A stretch of DNA of 16,761 bases, taken from contig JBDHHQ010000088.1 of NCBI GenBank assembly GCA_039589315.1, positions 1 through 16,761 of the forward strand, in the 5' to 3' direction. Both the position numbers and the translations under genes were made by a program. Positions 1-16,761 of the stretch are shown one piece after another. The stretch is from Gemmatimonadota bacterium (GTDB lineage Bacteria > Gemmatimonadota > Gemmatimonadetes > Longimicrobiales > Gaopeijiaceae). A model generated the notes under the pieces. That model had not been told where the DNA came from and did no database searches. It saw only the letters and a list, made by a program, of their open reading frames with translations. The first letter of the stretch is position 1; each line of letters starts with the position of its first letter.

Positions 1-2210
<2,210 letters not shown>

Positions 2211-2253
2211 CTATCTCGACCTGTCCCAGTCCGTTCTCGTTATCAAACATCGG

Positions 2254-2392
2254 TGCGCAAAAATGCGCAGGGGCCACGTAAGCTCTCCGAGCGCTCTCGG
2301 TGCCGCACCTGTCTCATCTGGCGGCAGCGATTCTCGCGCTTCGGTCGCGGGACCGTATGCCCGCGTGGGCGCTTGGCGTGCCCCCTGCGCGT
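2254..2392. repeat. Multi-hairpin inverted-repeat element in the rpsG-fusA spacer (structured RNA or REP/MITE-like)
   Basis: Imperfect outer arms 2263-2283 and 2371-2392 (core gcgcagggg/cccctgcgc) enclose hairpins ccgag/ctcgg (2287-2300), tgccgc/gcggca (2301-2326), tctcgcg/cgcggga (2332-2352) and gccc/gggc (2359-2370). Confidence 0.6.
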
Positions 2393-2440
2393 GTTCCCCG
2401 GACCTACTCCGTCACGGCCGTGGGAACGAGCCGAAATCTG

Positions 2441-2911
2441 CTACCAGCGATAGTGTGCGAACGCCTTGTTCGCTTCTGCCATCCGATGCGTGTCGTCCTT
2501 CTTCTTGATGGTCGCTCCCTCGCCACGGCTCGCCGCCATCAACTCACCGGCCAAACGCTCCGCCATGGTCTTCTCGGACCGCTGCCGGGAGTACGTGATC
2601 AGCCACTTGATGGCGAGAGCCTGCCGACGCTCCGGCCGGACCTCGATGGGCACCTGATAGGTGGCACCCCCCACGCGCCGGCTCTTCACCTCCAATGCGG
2701 GCTTCACATTGCTCAGCGCCTGCTTGAACACGTTGACGCCCGGCTGTCCGGAGCGCTCCTCCATGATCTCCAGGGCCTGGTAGAAGATCCGCTCGGCCGT
2801 GGACTTCTTTCCGTCCAGCATCAGGCTGTTGATGAACTTCGACGCGGACACGGACTCGTGCCTCGGGTCCGCCGCGATGACGCGGCGCTCTGCCCTGGAA
2901 CGACGGCTCAT
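2441..2911 (-). CDS. rpsG: 30S ribosomal protein S7
   Basis: Start placed at ATG 2911 ([10 protein letters not shown]..., 156 aa); contains [19 protein letters not shown] and [15 protein letters not shown]. The longer ORF-track start overlaps rpsL. Confidence 0.98.
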   Translation of the reverse strand: MSRRSRAERRVIAADPRHESVSASKFINSLMLDGKKSTAERIFYQALEIMEERSGQPGVNVFKQALSNVKPALEVKSRRVGGATYQVPIEVRPERRQALAIKWLITYSRQRSEKTMAERLAGELMAASRGEGATIKKKDDTHRMAEANKAFAHYRW

Positions 2912-2921
2912 GCTGGATCCT

Positions 2922-3293
2922 CTACTTGGGTCTCTTGGCGCCGTACTTCGACCGGCCCTGCTTCCGATCCCCGACGCCGGACGCATCGAGCGTCCCGCGA
3001 ATGATGTGGTAACGGACGCCGGGGAGGTCCTTCACCCGCCCGCCCCGAATCAGCACGATCGAGTGCTCCTGGAGGTTGTGTCCCTCCCCCGGGATGTATG
3101 CGGTGACCTCGTACCCGTTCGTCAGGCGCACCCTGGCCACCTTCCGTAGAGCCGAGTTCGGCTTCTTCGGCGTCGTGGTGTACACACGGGTGCATACCCC
3201 CCGCTTCTGGGGGTTCTTCTGAAGCGCGGGAGACTTGTTCTTCTTGACGAGCTCCCGGCGGCCCTTCCGAACGAGCTGGCTGATCGTCGGCAT
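2922..3293 (-). CDS. rpsL: 30S ribosomal protein S12
   Basis: [12 protein letters not shown] start at 3293 (123 aa); [13 protein letters not shown] and [12 protein letters not shown] motifs, with the streptomycin-relevant lysines intact. Confidence 0.99.
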   Translation of the reverse strand: MPTISQLVRKGRRELVKKNKSPALQKNPQKRGVCTRVYTTTPKKPNSALRKVARVRLTNGYEVTAYIPGEGHNLQEHSIVLIRGGRVKDLPGVRYHIIRGTLDASGVGDRKQGRSKYGAKRPK

Positions 3294-3312
3294 GAAACCC
3301 TGTTCTTGCGTC

Positions 3313-3343
3313 AAAAGAAGCGCGGCAGACCCCGCCGCGCCTC
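3313..3343 (-). terminator. Intrinsic-terminator-like hairpin within the rpsL 5' leader (possible attenuator)
   Basis: Minus strand reads GAGGCGCGGCGG-GGT-CTGCCGCGCTTC-TTTTG: a 12-bp stem with two G-U pairs that form only on the minus strand, followed by a U-rich tract. Confidence 0.55.
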
Positions 3344-3397
3344 GTGAAGGACGCCTGACCGCCTGAAGGCCTCGGCGCCTCTCTTACAGAGCTTGCT

Positions 3398-3426
3398 AAG
3401 TTACCCATGCGACATACCGGTGTCAA
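3398..3426 (-). promoter_or_regulatory. Sigma70-type promoter of the str operon (rpsL-rpsG-fusA-tuf)
   Basis: Perfect -35 TTGACA (3426-3421), 17-bp spacer, -10 TAACTT (3403-3398), about 100 nt upstream of rpsL. Confidence 0.8.
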
Positions 3427-3440
3427 CGGGGCAGAATGGG

Positions 3441-3469
3441 TTCAAAAGGCCCGCGCCCGCTGGTAAGAT
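3441..3469 (+). promoter_or_regulatory. Divergent sigma70-type promoter with extended -10, facing the pseudo-receiver gene
   Basis: TTCAAA (3441-3446), 17-bp spacer, TAAGAT (3464-3469) preceded by TG at 3461-3462 (TGnTAnnnT). Confidence 0.55.
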
Positions 3470-3743
3470 GGCGCCTTTCACCGCGGTGCACCTCCACCTC
3501 GTGCACGATGCGACGTCGCGAGGGATTTCGAGACAGCCGGAGCGAATGGCCAGCGCTCTGTGACGCGCCGCTCGAGCGCTCGGGCAGACCGAGGGGCCCC
3601 GGCTTCTCGGGACATCCGACGCGGTGCCGGCTCCTCGGGTGGGGGCGCGGCACGGCTCGTGCCTCCCATACGGACCGGGCCCGGCGGGTCAGGTCGCCAA
3701 CCGGGCCGTATGGCGTGGTTCAGAGATCCAGAAGGACGGATTG

Positions 3744-4175
3744 ATGCAGACGAAGAGTGTATTGATCGTCGGGGCGGACCCGGACGCCCGCGGCGCTCTC
3801 GCCGAGGGCCACCGCGACGGCGGGTACGTGGCGTTCGAGGCTGCCACCGAGTTGGACGCCCTCGAGAGGGCGAGTCTCGACCAGCCATCGTTGATCGTGG
3901 TCCGGGTCGACGAGCCCGCGCTCGACGGGTGGACGACCATCAAGCGACTGGGCGAGAGTCCCAGGACCGAGCGCATTCCCGTGGTGGCCGTTTCGGCCGC
4001 ACCCTCACCCGGGGAGCAAAGGACAGCCGCGCTTCTCGGCTGCTCGGGCCTCGCGTGCCTGGAGCCCGTCGCGAGGGTCGTGAAGCTGACGCTGGACGTG
4101 GCAGGCAAGCCCGTGGCGCGGCATGCCCGGGACAGGCCCCCAAGGGTCATCCGGCGCCGCTACGCCGGCCGTTAG
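3744..4175 (+). CDS. Stand-alone atypical response-regulator receiver (CheY/DivK-like pseudo-receiver), 143 aa
   Basis: MQTKSVLIVGADP...QPSLIVVRVDEPALDGWTTIKRLGESPRTERIPVVAVSA...LLGCSG follows the REC-domain pattern (ILIVDD / PDLILLD / MDGW / IPVIALTA / AGCDG). GAAGGA SD-like sequence upstream of ATG 3744. Confidence 0.8.
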   Translation: MQTKSVLIVGADPDARGALAEGHRDGGYVAFEAATELDALERASLDQPSLIVVRVDEPALDGWTTIKRLGESPRTERIPVVAVSAAPSPGEQRTAALLGCSGLACLEPVARVVKLTLDVAGKPVARHARDRPPRVIRRRYAGR

Positions 4176-4217
4176 CGCCTGCAGGCTCGCCCCGGGCCGG
4201 GACGCTGAGGTTCGCCA

Positions 4218-4249
4218 AAGGGGGACGCCCCGAGTGAGGCGTCCCCCTT
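4218..4249. terminator. Bidirectional intrinsic terminator between convergent rpoC and the receiver gene
   Basis: Perfect 12-bp inverted repeat aagggggacgcc (4218-4229) / ggcgtccccctt (4238-4249) with an 8-nt loop and short T-rich tails on both strands. Confidence 0.8.
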
Positions 4250-4277
4250 GTTCGGTGCCGGTCCGGAGGAGCGGCCG

Positions 4278-8572
<4,295 letters not shown>

Positions 8573-8576
<4 letters not shown>

Positions 8577-8952
8577 GCTGTAGGCACCCCAACGTGGCTG
8601 GTGGGTGATACCGCTGAACCATGCGATGCCGAGCCGACTGCACGCGCCCGGCGACTGTCTATGCCCTCGAGGGTTGTCCCCCCCAAGACCGCGTCAAATC
8701 GAGTGTAGGGGTAGGAAGGCGAGCACGGGGACCGAGGCGTACTGAAAAGCAGGTCGCGCGCTTCGCACGCGGTCTCGCGGTACGCCAAGGCGGAGCCGAA
8801 GCCACCGGAATGGCCGCTCGGCTCGCAGGCCACCGCGCGGAGCCTGACGCCGCCCTGTGCCGATTTGCCGGCACTTCGTGCCGTCGTACCGCGGTCCATC
8901 ATGAGTGCGGTGAACCCGATCCTCCGGGCCGCGGTGCTCACGCGGGCTGTGC

Positions 8953-8956
<4 letters not shown>
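8573..8956 (-). CDS. Hypothetical 127-aa ORF spanning the rpoB-rpoC spacer, overlapping both neighbours by ATGA
   Basis: ATG 8956-8954 overlaps the rpoB TGA (8955-8953), and TGA 8575-8573 overlaps the rpoC ATG (8576-8574). Open for 127 codons ([14 protein letters not shown]...HVGVPTA) with no recognisable domain. Confidence 0.35.
8736..8897. repeat. Palindrome-rich REP/MITE-like element in the rpoB-rpoC spacer
   Basis: Inverted repeat cgcggtacg (8776-8784) / cgtaccgcg (8885-8893), two GAA-loop minihairpins on the minus strand (GCGAAGC near 8760-8766; CGGCAC-GAA-GTGCCG 8869-8883), and a gtactgaaaag end resembling an IS/MITE terminus. Only one copy is visible here, and boundaries are approximate. 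Confidence 0.35.
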
Positions 8957-13152
<4,196 letters not shown>

Positions 13153-13382
13153 AGGGATCCCCCTTCCCTGGTGCGCCGGCTCGAAGAGCTCGACACACGG
13201 ATACACAGGCGCCTACGCGGCGCCAAAGGCCTGAGTCCGAAGCTGGCGCGCGTGGCGGCCCCACGCGCTGAGATCTGCGGGCACACGTTCCCCACGGCGC
13301 CGGAGGCGCCGAAGAGACCCACTGGGTGCCCGATGGTCTGGTGACCTGAAATCGTGTGCGTCCCTCGCACGGTAATCCCGTG

Positions 13383-13407
13383 CCCGGGCGCCACGTTGGC
13401 GCCCGGG
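13383..13407 (-). promoter_or_regulatory. Strong hairpin just downstream of rplL (pause/processing/attenuation element of the rplL-rpoB spacer)
   Basis: Perfect 11-bp stem cccgggcgcca / tggcgcccggg with a 3-nt loop and no U-tract. Confidence 0.5.
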
Positions 13408-13428
13408 TCAGGGTCCAGAAGTCTTGTC

Positions 13429-13812
13429 CTACTTGAGGGCGACAGTTGCCCCCACCTCCTCGAGCTTGGCCTTGATCTGCTCGGCCTCGTCCTTGGACAC
13501 CGCCTCCTTGACGGTGTTCGGGGCGCCGTCGACGACTTCTTTGGCCTCCTTGAGACCCAGGCTCGTGACCTCGCGGACCACCTTGATGACCTGGATCTTC
13601 TTGTCCCCCACGCCCTCGAGGACGACATCGAACTCGGTCTGCTCCTCGGCGGCGGCTTCGCCGCCTGCTGCGCCGGGCATGGCGAGACCGGCCATCGCCA
13701 TGGGCGCGGCGGCGGTGACGTTGAACTTCTCCTTGAAGGCGTCGACGAACTCGGAAAGCTCGAGAACCGTCATGTTGCCGATCGTCTCGAGGAGCTCCTC
13801 TTGGTTAGCCAT
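13429..13812 (-). CDS. rplL: 50S ribosomal protein L7/L12
   Basis: 127 aa; [43 protein letters not shown] and LGLKEAKE motifs; AGGAGG SD. Confidence 0.99.
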   Translation of the reverse strand: MANQEELLETIGNMTVLELSEFVDAFKEKFNVTAAAPMAMAGLAMPGAAGGEAAAEEQTEFDVVLEGVGDKKIQVIKVVREVTSLGLKEAKEVVDGAPNTVKEAVSKDEAEQIKAKLEEVGATVALK

Positions 13813-13909
13813 CTGCTGGGTCCTCCTGGGTTGCTCCGGTCTGCGCCGGCGGTTGAGCTTCGGTGATCCTCATCTCGTCACGAATGGCTGGCATGGGCGC
13901 GAGAGAGCC

Positions 13910-14437
13910 TCAGCTCTCCTGGTCGCGCTCCTGGCGTAGTGCTTCCAGGAGCCCAGCCATCTCCTGGATCTTCCCTTCCAGAGCCGCCGCCAGGGCCGCC
14001 ATCGGGCCCTCCAGCGCTCCGGCGAGCTGAGCGAGCAGCGTCTCCCGGGGGGGCAGCTTCGCCAGCGCAACGATCTGTGCAGCTTCGAGGAGCTTGTCCT
14101 CGAGAACGCCTACCTTGAAGACGGGCTTCTCGTCGTGCGCCTTGGCGAAGTCCGCCACGACCTTCGCGGGCTCCACCACGCCCTCGTATCCGAACACCAC
14201 GCCGGTGGGTCCGTTGAGGGCGTCGCTCACCTCCGGAATGTCCAACTCCGCCAGCGCCATCCTGGCCAGACGGTTTTTCACCACGACGTACTCCGCACCC
14301 TGCTCCTTGAGCTGGGCGCGCAGCGTGGTCATGGCCTTGACGTCGAGTCCGGTGAAGTCGGTGAGGTAGAACACCGGCGCCTTCTCGATCCGGGACCGGA
14401 AGTCCTCGACGAAGGCCTCCTTTTCGGTGCGCTTCAT
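13910..14437 (-). CDS. rplJ: 50S ribosomal protein L10
   Basis: 175 aa; DFTGLDVKAMTTLRAQL, VVKNRLA and LAKLPPRETLLAQLAG motifs; lies between rplA and rplL. Confidence 0.98.
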   Translation of the reverse strand: MKRTEKEAFVEDFRSRIEKAPVFYLTDFTGLDVKAMTTLRAQLKEQGAEYVVVKNRLARMALAELDIPEVSDALNGPTGVVFGYEGVVEPAKVVADFAKAHDEKPVFKVGVLEDKLLEAAQIVALAKLPPRETLLAQLAGALEGPMAALAAALEGKIQEMAGLLEALRQERDQES

Positions 14438-15135
14438 CAGTTCCCCCGCCGGAAGTAGTTGGGGTCGACGTCCACCCCGGGCCCCATGGTGCTGGCCACG
14501 GTCAAGCTCTTCATGTAGGTCCCCTTGGCGCCCGACGGCTTTGCCCGAAGGATCGAGTCCACGAAGGCCCCGAGGTTGTCCACGAGCTGCTCGTCGCTGA
14601 ACGAGACTCGTCCGATCGGGGCGTGGACGTTGCCCGTCTTGTCCACCCTGTACTCGATCTTACCGGCCTTGATCTCCCCCACGGCACGGCCGACGTCGAA
14701 CGTCACGGTGCCGGCCTTGGGAGTCGGCATGAGACCGCGGGGTCCCAGGATGCGTCCCAGGGGACCCACCTTGCCCATGACGTCCGGTGTGGCCACCACC
14801 ACGTCGAAGTCGAGCCACCCTTCCTTGATCTTGTCGGTATACTCGACGCCCACGTAATCGGCCCCCGCCTCCTGGGCTTCCTTCTCTTTCTCGCCCTGCG
14901 CGATCACGAGCACTCGCTTCGTCTTCCCGGTTCCGTGAGGGAGGACGACGGTGCCGCGGACGATCTGGTCGGCTTTGCGGGGGTCCACACCCAGGCGCGT
15001 GGCCGCCTCGATCGTCTCGTCGAACTTCGCGAAGGAGAGGTCCTTCACGAGCTGTACCGCATCGGGCGGATCGAACTTGACGCCGGCCGGCACGTTGGCC
15101 CGTGCGGAGGCGTACTTCTTTCCGCGTTTCGGCAT
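14437..15135 (-). CDS. rplA: 50S ribosomal protein L1
   Basis: 232 aa; [33 protein letters not shown] and STMGPG motifs. Confidence 0.99.
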   Translation of the reverse strand: MPKRGKKYASARANVPAGVKFDPPDAVQLVKDLSFAKFDETIEAATRLGVDPRKADQIVRGTVVLPHGTGKTKRVLVIAQGEKEKEAQEAGADYVGVEYTDKIKEGWLDFDVVVATPDVMGKVGPLGRILGPRGLMPTPKAGTVTFDVGRAVGEIKAGKIEYRVDKTGNVHAPIGRVSFSDEQLVDNLGAFVDSILRAKPSGAKGTYMKSLTVASTMGPGVDVDPNYFRRGN

Positions 15136-15224
15136 GATCTCTCGAGCCGTCTCGTGATTGGCCCTCCCACCGCTGGCGGCTCTCAGCAGGGTGGTCAGCA
15201 GGCCTGTCTCTGCTCGCGGGGTCC

Positions 15225-15650
15225 CTACCCCTGGACCTCGATCCCCATGGAGCGAGCGGTCCCAGCGATCATCTTGACGGCCGAATCGATGTCCTGCGTG
15301 TTCAAGTCGGGCATCTTGACCTCGGCGATCTCTTTGAGCTGCGCCGTGGTCACCGTCGCCACCTTGTCCCGGTTGGGCTCACCCGAGCCCTTGGGGATCC
15401 CGGCCGCTTGGCGAAGCAGCACGGCGGCGGGCGGCGTCTTGGTGATGAACGTGAAGGAGCGATCGGCGTAGACAGTGATCTCCACCGGAATGGTCGTCCC
15501 CATCTGGGACTGGGTCCGGTGATTGAACTGCTTGCAGAACTCCATGATGTTCACGCCGTGCTGGCCGAGTGCCGGACCCACGGGAGGCGCCGGATTGGCC
15601 TGCCCACCGGTGACGTGAAGCTTGATGAACCCGATAACCTTCTTGGCCAT
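15225..15650 (-). CDS. rplK: 50S ribosomal protein L11
   Basis: 141 aa; [26 protein letters not shown] and [10 protein letters not shown]. Confidence 0.99.
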   Translation of the reverse strand: MAKKVIGFIKLHVTGGQANPAPPVGPALGQHGVNIMEFCKQFNHRTQSQMGTTIPVEITVYADRSFTFITKTPPAAVLLRQAAGIPKGSGEPNRDKVATVTTAQLKEIAEVKMPDLNTQDIDSAVKMIAGTARSMGIEVQG

Positions 15651-15665
15651 CTATCCCCGCGCTCC

Positions 15666-16214
15666 CTAGTAGCCTTTGAGCTGCGTGAAATCCAACTCTA
15701 CGGACGTGGGCCGTCCGAACAGCGACACCTCGACCTTGACCTTGCCCTTGTCCGCGTCGACCTCCTGAACCGTCCCGGAGAAGTCCGTGAAGGGCCCTTG
15801 CATGACCTCGACGACCTGACCGACGTGGAACGGGATCTCCTCCTGGGTCTCGGCCTCCTCCTCGGTCTCGATGCCGAGAATCTTGTTCATCTCGTCGTCT
15901 CGCAGCGCATGCGGCTCGTTGCCCGGTCCGACGAACTTGATCACGCCCTGGATGTTGTTGACGACGTGCTGCGTGCGCTCGTCCAGCACCATCTGCACCA
16001 GCACGTATCCCGGGTAGAGCCGCTTGGTGACACTCACCCGCTTTCCATTGCGGATCTCCACGACGTCCTGGGTCGGCACGAGAACGTCCCGGATCCCCTT
16101 CTCCTCCGGGGTGTCACCGGCCTCGTCCTCGATCCGTCGCTGGATGAGCTTCTGGACCTTGTTCTCGTGTCCAGAATAGGTCTGGATCGCATACCACTTC
16201 GCGTCGTCGGCCAT
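15666..16214 (-). CDS. nusG: Transcription termination/antitermination factor NusG
   Basis: 182 aa; WYAIQTYSGHENKV, YPGYVLV and KOW motif GPFTDFSG...FGRPTSVELDF. Confidence 0.99.
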   Translation of the reverse strand: MADDAKWYAIQTYSGHENKVQKLIQRRIEDEAGDTPEEKGIRDVLVPTQDVVEIRNGKRVSVTKRLYPGYVLVQMVLDERTQHVVNNIQGVIKFVGPGNEPHALRDDEMNKILGIETEEEAETQEEIPFHVGQVVEVMQGPFTDFSGTVQEVDADKGKVKVEVSLFGRPTSVELDFTQLKGY

Positions 16215-16227
16215 TCGATCCAGTCCG

Positions 16228-16434
16228 CTAGGCTCCGAAGATCCCCATGATGAAGTCCACGATCGTCCGGACCGTGATGTCCATCACCCAGATGATCGCG
16301 CTCACCGCGACCACGAAGACGATGATCACGAGCGTGGCGTTCTTGAGCTGCTCGTAGTCGGGCCAGGTGACCTTTTGGAGCTCGTCCCACGACTCTTCGA
16401 GGAACGTTCTGGTTTCGCTGATCTTCTCGAGCAT
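16228..16434 (-). CDS. secE: Preprotein translocase subunit SecE
   Basis: 68 aa; ELQKVTWP motif followed by one hydrophobic TM helix; directly upstream of nusG. Confidence 0.97.
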   Translation of the reverse strand: MLEKISETRTFLEESWDELQKVTWPDYEQLKNATLVIIVFVVAVSAIIWVMDITVRTIVDFIMGIFGA

Positions 16435-16478
16435 CGCCTATCCGGGAGAGGGAAGCCGCCAGGGCGGATCCCGGTCTC

Positions 16479-16628
16479 CTATTTGGTCTCCTTGTGCGTC
16501 GTGTGCGTGCCGCACCGACGGCAGAACTTCCGGTACTCGACGCGCTCGGGATGGAGGCGCTTGTTCTTCGTCTGCGTGTAGTTCCGTTCCTGACAGGTCT
16601 GACACGCCAGGATGACTTTGTCGCGCAT
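16479..16628 (-). CDS. rpmG: 50S ribosomal protein L33 (zinc-binding C+ type)
   Basis: Not in the ORF track. Manual translation gives [49 protein letters not shown] (49 aa) with two CxxC motifs. Confidence 0.97.
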   Translation of the reverse strand: MRDKVILACQTCQERNYTQTKNKRLHPERVEYRKFCRRCGTHTTHKETK

Positions 16629-16639
16629 GGCTCAGCCGG

Positions 16640-16761
16640 TTACTCGATGATTTCGGTGACGACGCCGGCGCCCACGGTGCGGCCGCCTTCGCGGATGGCG
16701 AACCGGAGCTCGGTGTCCATGGCGATGGGCGTGATCAGGTCCACCTCCATCTGCACGTTGT
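16640..16761 (-). CDS. tuf: Elongation factor Tu, C-terminal fragment (second copy, runs off the window end)
   Basis: Manual translation gives [39 protein letters not shown], the EF-Tu C-terminus, with TAA at 16642-16640. Confidence 0.97.
   Translation of the reverse strand, partial: NVQMEVDLITPIAMDTELRFAIREGGRTVGAGVVTEIIE

Noticed and set aside
2254..2392. tRNA gene, suggested by the cloverleaf-like layout
   Set aside because: Too long, with no T-loop GTTCGA, no D-loop consensus and no 7-bp acceptor stem.
2912..2986. ORF-track N-terminal extension of S7 (likewise those of S12 to 3314, RpoB to 13206 and the receiver to 3624)
   Set aside because: Family-typical N-termini and SD positions support the shorter starts, and the S7 extension overlaps rpsL.
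3666..3713. SRP RNA, suggested by GGTCAGGTC in a hairpin
   Set aside because: Lacks the following GGAAG/GCAGC domain IV motif.
3423..4237. Other overlapping Arg/Pro-rich ORFs in the rpoC-rpsL interval
   Set aside because: Alternative-frame or antisense readings of the receiver gene and GC-rich spacer, with no protein-like features.

Overview
High-GC bacterial core-genome window carrying the conserved transcription/translation supercluster on the minus strand: tuf(3' end)-rpmG-secE-nusG-rplK-rplA-rplJ-rplL-rpoB-rpoC-rpsL-rpsG-fusA-tuf(5' end). Both window ends lie inside EF-Tu genes. The protein sequences suggest Gemmatimonadota (my impression, not a database result). Departures from the textbook layout are: (1) a 376-bp rpoB-rpoC spacer fully spanned by a 127-codon ORF that overlaps the rpoB stop and the rpoC start by ATGA at each end and contains a palindrome-rich repeat-like element; (2) a plus-strand pseudo-receiver gene between rpoC and rpsL, with back-to-back sigma70-type promoters and a shared bidirectional terminator; (3) a terminator-like hairpin in the rpsL leader; (4) a multi-branched structured element between rpsG and fusA; (5) rplA/rplJ overlapping with no room for an L10 leader; (6) no tRNA-Trp between rpmG and secE; (7) a ~130-aa insertion in RpoB. 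No CRISPR array, transposase, rRNA or tRNA was seen.
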